Shown here: positions 59,264-64,000 of the stretch, piece by piece
Layout: every line of letters starts with the position of its first letter
How positions within the stretch are numbered: the first letter of the stretch is position 1
Source of the DNA: Calditrichaceae bacterium
Lineage (GTDB): Bacteria; Calditrichota; Calditrichia; Calditrichales; JBFXGD01
Direction: 5' to 3'
Length of the DNA: 64,000 nt
Assembly: GCA_050173015.1 (NCBI GenBank)
Contig: JBFXLE010000006.1
Span: 32,001-96,000 of the forward strand
Translations under genes and position numbers: made by a program
The notes under the pieces: generated by a model
What the model saw: the letters and a program-made list of their open reading frames with translations, nothing else
Database searches by the model: none
Told to the model about the DNA's origin: nothing

Positions 59264-60442
59264 ATGATGGTCACAGAAAAAGTATATTATCAGGACAGCT
59301 ATTGTTATCAAATTGACGCCACCGTCCTGGATATACAAAGGGATCAGGACGGTATATGGGTTCTTCCCGACCGGACAATATATTTTCCCGGGGGAGGCGG
59401 ACAATCCGGGGATGAAGGAAAAATAAATGGTACAGCGGTGCGCGGGATCAGGATTGAAGATGATAAAATCTGGTACGGTCTCGCAACTGAAGCTGATTTT
59501 TCAGTCGCTGAAAAGGTCGGAATGGAAATTGACCGGCAAAAACGCCTGTATAATATGCGCCAGCATACCGGCCAGCACCTTCTGTCCCATGTGCTCGATC
59601 AGTTGGGACAAAAAACCGTGTCGGTGCATCTTGGCGATTCCTATACTTTAATCGAAGTTGAAGGCCCATGGCCTGATGAGAACCTGTTAAAAAAAGCTGA
59701 AGAAGAAAGCAACGCGTACATTCGCAAATCCATACCGGTGACCTGCCAGTGGGTCAGCCGTGAAGATATCCATAAGTTTCCTTTGCGGCGACCTGCGGGA
59801 GAGTGGCAGACACTTCGACTGGTTGAGATTGAAAATACAGATTATTCGGCGTGCGGCGGAACCCATGTAAAAAATACGGCGGAGATAGGATATATTAAAA
59901 TAACCGCTCTTGAAAAAATACGCGGGAGAGCGAGAATAAAGGCGCTAACCGGCCGGAAAGCCGATGATTATTTTGAACAGCTGCATTTACTTAATACCGC
60001 TCTAAAAATTGAGTTAAGTTCCGAAACGGAGCATATTGTTGAAAGAGTCCGGGGACTGAAAAGCGATGTCGAAGGGCTTGGGAAAGATGTAGAATTTTAT
60101 CGGCAAACATATATTGACAGCAAATGCCGGGATATTATAAACGAGACTGAATCGGACCCTATTCTGATTGTTTACCGGTTATCCGAAGGTAAACTTGCCG
60201 ACGCGCGGGATCTTGCCAGGACACTGTCCGGTAAGTTTGCAAAAATTGCTTTTATTACTTTTGCCGATCGTTTTTATCTGACTGCGCCGGTGGATTCAAA
60301 GTTCAGCACGCGGAACTTTTTAAAATCCCACGGCGCATCCCTCAATCTTCGCGGCGGCGGGCCTGAAGGATTTGCGCAGGGGATTGCAGAGGGGAGTGAC
60401 ACGGAAAAAATAAAAGAAATGATCTTAAATCAAATATTTTAA
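59264..60442 (+). CDS. Alanyl-tRNA editing protein (AlaX-like, with DHHA1-like tail)
   Basis: PGGGGQ, QHTGQH, CGGTH, GGG...AQG. Confidence 0.88.
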   Translation: MMVTEKVYYQDSYCYQIDATVLDIQRDQDGIWVLPDRTIYFPGGGGQSGDEGKINGTAVRGIRIEDDKIWYGLATEADFSVAEKVGMEIDRQKRLYNMRQHTGQHLLSHVLDQLGQKTVSVHLGDSYTLIEVEGPWPDENLLKKAEEESNAYIRKSIPVTCQWVSREDIHKFPLRRPAGEWQTLRLVEIENTDYSACGGTHVKNTAEIGYIKITALEKIRGRARIKALTGRKADDYFEQLHLLNTALKIELSSETEHIVERVRGLKSDVEGLGKDVEFYRQTYIDSKCRDIINETESDPILIVYRLSEGKLADARDLARTLSGKFAKIAFITFADRFYLTAPVDSKFSTRNFLKSHGASLNLRGGGPEGFAQGIAEGSDTEKIKEMILNQIF

Positions 60443-60470
60443 TCTTTGTGATAGAGGAAAGTGAAACGGT

Positions 60471-61025
60471 ATGAGCGGAATTAAAGGTTTGGTTGTTTTA
60501 TCGCGTTTCGATTATATAGAAAAAACATACGGAAGGGAAAAACTGGTTCAATTCTTTGATAGTGTTAAAAGTGAAGATAAAGATCAATTGACTCAGCCGA
60601 TCGGTATTTCAAAGGAATATCCTGATGAATATCTTAAAATTATTGATGAGTACATTCAGAAAGAATTTTTTGCCAATGATGAATCATCTTTTCTTCTACT
60701 TGGAAACTGGAACGCCGGTCATCTGATGCCCCGTTATTTTCAGATCTACATGGATGACAAAAATCCTCCCGGGTTTTTGAACCAGATGGCAAATATGCGA
60801 AAAATTTTAATCGGAAGCGGAGAAATGAAAATCAGGGATCTTGATTCAAATTCCTATGATGTGATTATCGACTACGGCCAGACCTTTCTTGAATCGGTTC
60901 GGCTCAGTGAGCTTGGATTTATTGAAGAAGGTCTGCGACTATGCGGAGCAAAAAAAGTAAAAACTGAAATAAAGAGATTAAATGAAATAACGGCAGAGTA
61001 TAAAATTGGCTGGGTATTAAAATGA
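60471..61025 (+). CDS. DUF2378/TIGR02265-like protein (H-NOX/V4R-like fold)
   Basis: IKG...YIEKTYG...YP...LG...G.M...GFIEEGLRLCGAK...Y.I.W pattern; family assigned from memory. Confidence 0.5.
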   Translation: MSGIKGLVVLSRFDYIEKTYGREKLVQFFDSVKSEDKDQLTQPIGISKEYPDEYLKIIDEYIQKEFFANDESSFLLLGNWNAGHLMPRYFQIYMDDKNPPGFLNQMANMRKILIGSGEMKIRDLDSNSYDVIIDYGQTFLESVRLSELGFIEEGLRLCGAKKVKTEIKRLNEITAEYKIGWVLK

Positions 61026-61699
61026 AACCTTATGCTGTAATTATTGCTGACATAAAAGGCTCCCGAAAGATGCATGACAGGGAGAGGTACGAATGGCAGC
61101 TATTTCTAAAATCTGCGATTGTTCAGGTAAACGAAAACTGGGCTGATTGTATCGATGCTCCATTTATGATCACTAAGGGTGATGAATTTCAGGGGGTTTT
61201 GGTTAATGTGGCGGATGTGCATGCGGTTATGATGGAATTCGAACGTCTTTTGTTCCCGTTGATCATGCGTTACGGAATAGGATACGGCAGCATTCAGAAA
61301 ATGGGCAGTAATATTCCGATCGAGATGGACGGACGGGCATTTCATCGCGCGAATGCGGCGCTCAATACCTGTAAAAAGAAAAAATGCGTGGTTCAGTTTA
61401 GCACTGGTGATGATTGGTTTGATTTAAATATTAACACTTTTTATCAGTTGATTTACGCGATAAAAGGACGCTGGAGCGAGATCAATTTTAAGAGATACTG
61501 GAAATATAAAGAGATGGGAACCTATGAACGTGTGGCGGAACAGGAAGGCGTATCACCGCAGGCCGTATGGGATTCGCTACACAATGCCAGCGCTGTGGAT
61601 GTGATAAACGCCGAGCAGGTATTGATGAAGATTATCCAAAAGAAAGAGAAGGAAATTACTCCGGAACTTGCTGATAAAACCTTGAAATCTGGCGGATAG
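61022..61699 (+). CDS. SatD-family protein
   Basis: IIADIKGSR, ITKGDEFQG, RYGIGYG, DGRAFHRA, C-terminal HTH (TYERVAEQEGVSPQAVWDSL). Confidence 0.85.
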   Translation: MKPYAVIIADIKGSRKMHDRERYEWQLFLKSAIVQVNENWADCIDAPFMITKGDEFQGVLVNVADVHAVMMEFERLLFPLIMRYGIGYGSIQKMGSNIPIEMDGRAFHRANAALNTCKKKKCVVQFSTGDDWFDLNINTFYQLIYAIKGRWSEINFKRYWKYKEMGTYERVAEQEGVSPQAVWDSLHNASAVDVINAEQVLMKIIQKKEKEITPELADKTLKSGG

Positions 61700-62468
61700 A
61701 CAGCACGAGCGTCGCAAGGGCCGCTATCACCACGATTGGCGATACATGTTCTCCCCAGAGATACCATCCTGCTTTTTCATCAATTTTATAATTTATAAAA
61801 ATCAGAGCCAGAAAATTATTTGTGCCGTGCACAATGATGGATGGTATGATAGAATCAGTCCGCCAGGCCAGAAATCCCATAATAATCCCCATCAAGAAGA
61901 TTTGAATCGCCCAGTAAGGATTCATGTGAATTATGGTCCAGGTCAGTGATGAGAGCATCACCGCCCGTGTTGCATCACCCTTTTTTTCCAGAGTTACCTG
62001 AAAAAATCCTCTGAATAATCCTTCTTCGGCAATGGCCGCAACGAATACAGCGCCGCCGATAACAAGCGCCCAATCAGTCCATCCTTCAACAACAAGTGGA
62101 CGCATCTGTTCAAGGATCCAATCCGGAATGGGGATGATCCGGCTCAACAGACGGTCAAGCTCATCACCGACAATGCTAAGCGAAATACCGGTTGTGACGC
62201 TTAGGAAAATGACTTCACGGGAAACCGGATTGAAACGGAAAAGTGACTGAATAGGATATTTTTTCGCTCGGGAATACAGCAAGGGTATAATCAGAAAGAG
62301 GCTTCCTCCAAAAATAAAAAATAGCCGGGTATTTTTTTCTATTGATTCCGGTGAGATCACGGTGCTTGATACAAATGCATAGACCGCCGCCAAAACGATC
62401 AGGCCGGCAAATACCGCCAGTACAAGTATCAGCGCTTCAACCGGTTCAGGATAAGATTTATTATTCAT
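61656..62468 (-). CDS. CPBP (CAAX protease-like) intramembrane metalloprotease
   Basis: EEGLFRG, WTIIH, HGTNN. Confidence 0.88.
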   Translation of the reverse strand: MNNKSYPEPVEALILVLAVFAGLIVLAAVYAFVSSTVISPESIEKNTRLFFIFGGSLFLIIPLLYSRAKKYPIQSLFRFNPVSREVIFLSVTTGISLSIVGDELDRLLSRIIPIPDWILEQMRPLVVEGWTDWALVIGGAVFVAAIAEEGLFRGFFQVTLEKKGDATRAVMLSSLTWTIIHMNPYWAIQIFLMGIIMGFLAWRTDSIIPSIIVHGTNNFLALIFINYKIDEKAGWYLWGEHVSPIVVIAALATLVLSIRQISRFYQQVPE

Positions 62469-63504
62469 GAATTCCTCTAATCTGTGTATTGAGAGCCCGC
62501 GCGATAGGTTTCAACTGCTCGAGAAGGCGATCAAATCCATCAAATGACAAAGACTGCTGACCGTCAGAGAGCGCCTTATCCGGCTGCGGATGAACTTCCA
62601 CCATTATCCCATCAGCCCCCACCGCGAGCGCGGCTCTCGAAAGCGGAATGATGCGATCCCGGTTTCCTGTGGCATGACTGGGGTCGATAAGCACCGGCAG
62701 ATGCGTCAATTCTTTTAAGGCGGGAACCGCGTTGATGTCGAGCATGTTCCGGGACTGGTTATCGAATGTCCTTACCCCTCTTTCACACAGAACAACATTC
62801 CCGTTTCCTTCGCTTAATATGTATTCCGCGGAAAGAAGCAGTTCTTCAAGAGTCGCTGAAAAACCACGTTTTAGCAGGACGGGTTTATTTAATTTGCCGG
62901 CGGCCTTTAAAAGAGAAAAATTTTGCATATTTCTTGATCCGATCTGTATCATATCGGCGAAATCGCCCACTTCCAGGAGACTTACCGGATCCATGGCTTC
63001 GGTAACGATTTTCATATCAAACCTGGCCGCGGCAACGGACAATAATTTGAGACCCGTTTTCCCGAGGCCCTGAAACGAATAAGGGCTGGATCTGGGTTTA
63101 TATGCTCCACCTCGCAGTATTTTTACACCCCTTGATGCCAAAAATTCCGCGGTTTTCATAATCTGTTCTTCTGATTCAACTGAGCACGGTCCCGCGATCA
63201 GGGTAAAATTCTGATCGCCTATGGGATGCCCATCCAACATGACAACGGTATTTTCGGGATGAAAATCCCTGCTTGCCAGTTTGTAAGGCTTCGCGCCATG
63301 ATAGATGTCCTGAATTCCCTCCAGCCTGCGCAAAGGCGTATCATCAAAAACCGGGGTTTCTTCGTTTGTGCCAATGACCCTGGTTTCACCACTGATCATA
63401 AGGCGGGATTCCATCCCCAAAGAATTAATGGTATTCTGTATCCTTAATATTTCATTTTCTGAAACGTCTTTTTTCAGAACAACTAGCATCCCGACTCCTG
63501 ACAT
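62461..63504 (-). CDS. aroF: DAHP synthase type I-beta with N-terminal regulatory domain
   Basis: IAGPCSVES, RGGAYKPRSSPY, QIGSRNMQNF, LCERG, DPSHATG. Confidence 0.95.
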   Translation of the reverse strand: MSGVGMLVVLKKDVSENEILRIQNTINSLGMESRLMISGETRVIGTNEETPVFDDTPLRRLEGIQDIYHGAKPYKLASRDFHPENTVVMLDGHPIGDQNFTLIAGPCSVESEEQIMKTAEFLASRGVKILRGGAYKPRSSPYSFQGLGKTGLKLLSVAAARFDMKIVTEAMDPVSLLEVGDFADMIQIGSRNMQNFSLLKAAGKLNKPVLLKRGFSATLEELLLSAEYILSEGNGNVVLCERGVRTFDNQSRNMLDINAVPALKELTHLPVLIDPSHATGNRDRIIPLSRAALAVGADGIMVEVHPQPDKALSDGQQSLSFDGFDRLLEQLKPIARALNTQIRGIHE

Positions 63505-63577
63505 CTAAATAACTATTTTAATTCAGATTGCTAAAAATGCCATAAGTTACAAATGAATCGATAAAAATAAAATTCAA

Positions 63578-64000
63578 TTAAATCTGAATTTTTGACATTT
63601 GAATCTGATATAAAACCAGAGCGACCGAAACGCCAAGATTGAGCGATTCCCCATGCCCGGGTTTTGGAATTGTGATCTGTGAACCGGCGACCTCACTTAG
63701 AACCCGGTTAACCCCATCGGCTTCGGCGCCAAACAAAATGATCTGTTTACCCGCGGGTTTAAATTCACGCAGACTGGTGCCTCCTTCGACGATGGTTGAA
63801 ATCACCGAATAATTCCCGCTGCGGCTAAATTCCGAGAGCGTTTGTATATCGACTTCCTCATAAAGATGTAAATGTGTTATATATCCCGTTGATGCTCTTA
63901 CGACCTTGGGATTATAAGGATCCACCGATCCCGGACTCAGCAAAATAGAATTAACGCCGAACCAGAGAGCGGTTCTTATGATGGTACCCAGATTTCCGGG
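63578..64000 (-). CDS. TrmH/SpoU family RNA methyltransferase (5' end outside window)
   Basis: PGNLGTIIRTA at the window edge, VDPYNPKVVRAS, FGAEADG, ESLNL. Confidence 0.9.
   Translation of the reverse strand, partial: PGNLGTIIRTALWFGVNSILLSPGSVDPYNPKVVRASTGYITHLHLYEEVDIQTLSEFSRSGNYSVISTIVEGGTSLREFKPAGKQIILFGAEADGVNRVLSEVAGSQITIPKPGHGESLNLGVSVALVLYQIQMSKIQI

Noticed and set aside
61656..62468. Abortive-infection defence gene
   Set aside because: The CPBP 'Abi' label denotes a common membrane protease; it is coupled to aroF with no defence context
657..63447. Numerous short antisense or alternate-frame ORFs in the track
   Set aside because: They lie within well-supported genes and show no recognisable motifs

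Overview
Gene-dense bacterial chromosomal window, mostly housekeeping. Gene types (GWxTD protein, TolB-like/TPR Ser/Thr kinase, BtuG-like lipoprotein, large beta-barrels) suggest an FCB-superphylum or Calditrichota-like diderm; this is inference. Contents: murB-murA; a glutamate-racemase-like gene; nadC-nadA-nadB; argR; a radical SAM fusion-rne/rng-rplU-rpmA cluster; trxB; a cobalamin riboswitch leading btuB-btuG-like-btuF, then a split class II ribonucleotide reductase (nrdJa/nrdJb) and a btuD-like ATPase (the permease is about 24 kb upstream); an ECF sigma/zinc anti-sigma pair with three thiol-disulfide oxidoreductases; a Na+-pumping methylmalonyl-CoA decarboxylase operon with Rex-like boxes; an M16 peptidase pair; and aroF. 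I recognised no rRNA, tRNA, CRISPR array, integrase or transposase. Best leads: (1) a translationally coupled H-NOX/V4R-like protein plus a SatD protein carrying class III cyclase-like motifs and an HTH; (2) a DUF134-Zn ribbon-NifX/His-rich fusion with a 22-bp operator-like palindrome and an internal in-frame start; (3) a mosaic intergenic repeat locus with a ~200-bp duplication; (4) strong CCGG enrichment that the kinase gene lacks; (5) an NrdJ with large insertions inside a B12 uptake locus. All calls come from motif reading by eye; no searches were run.
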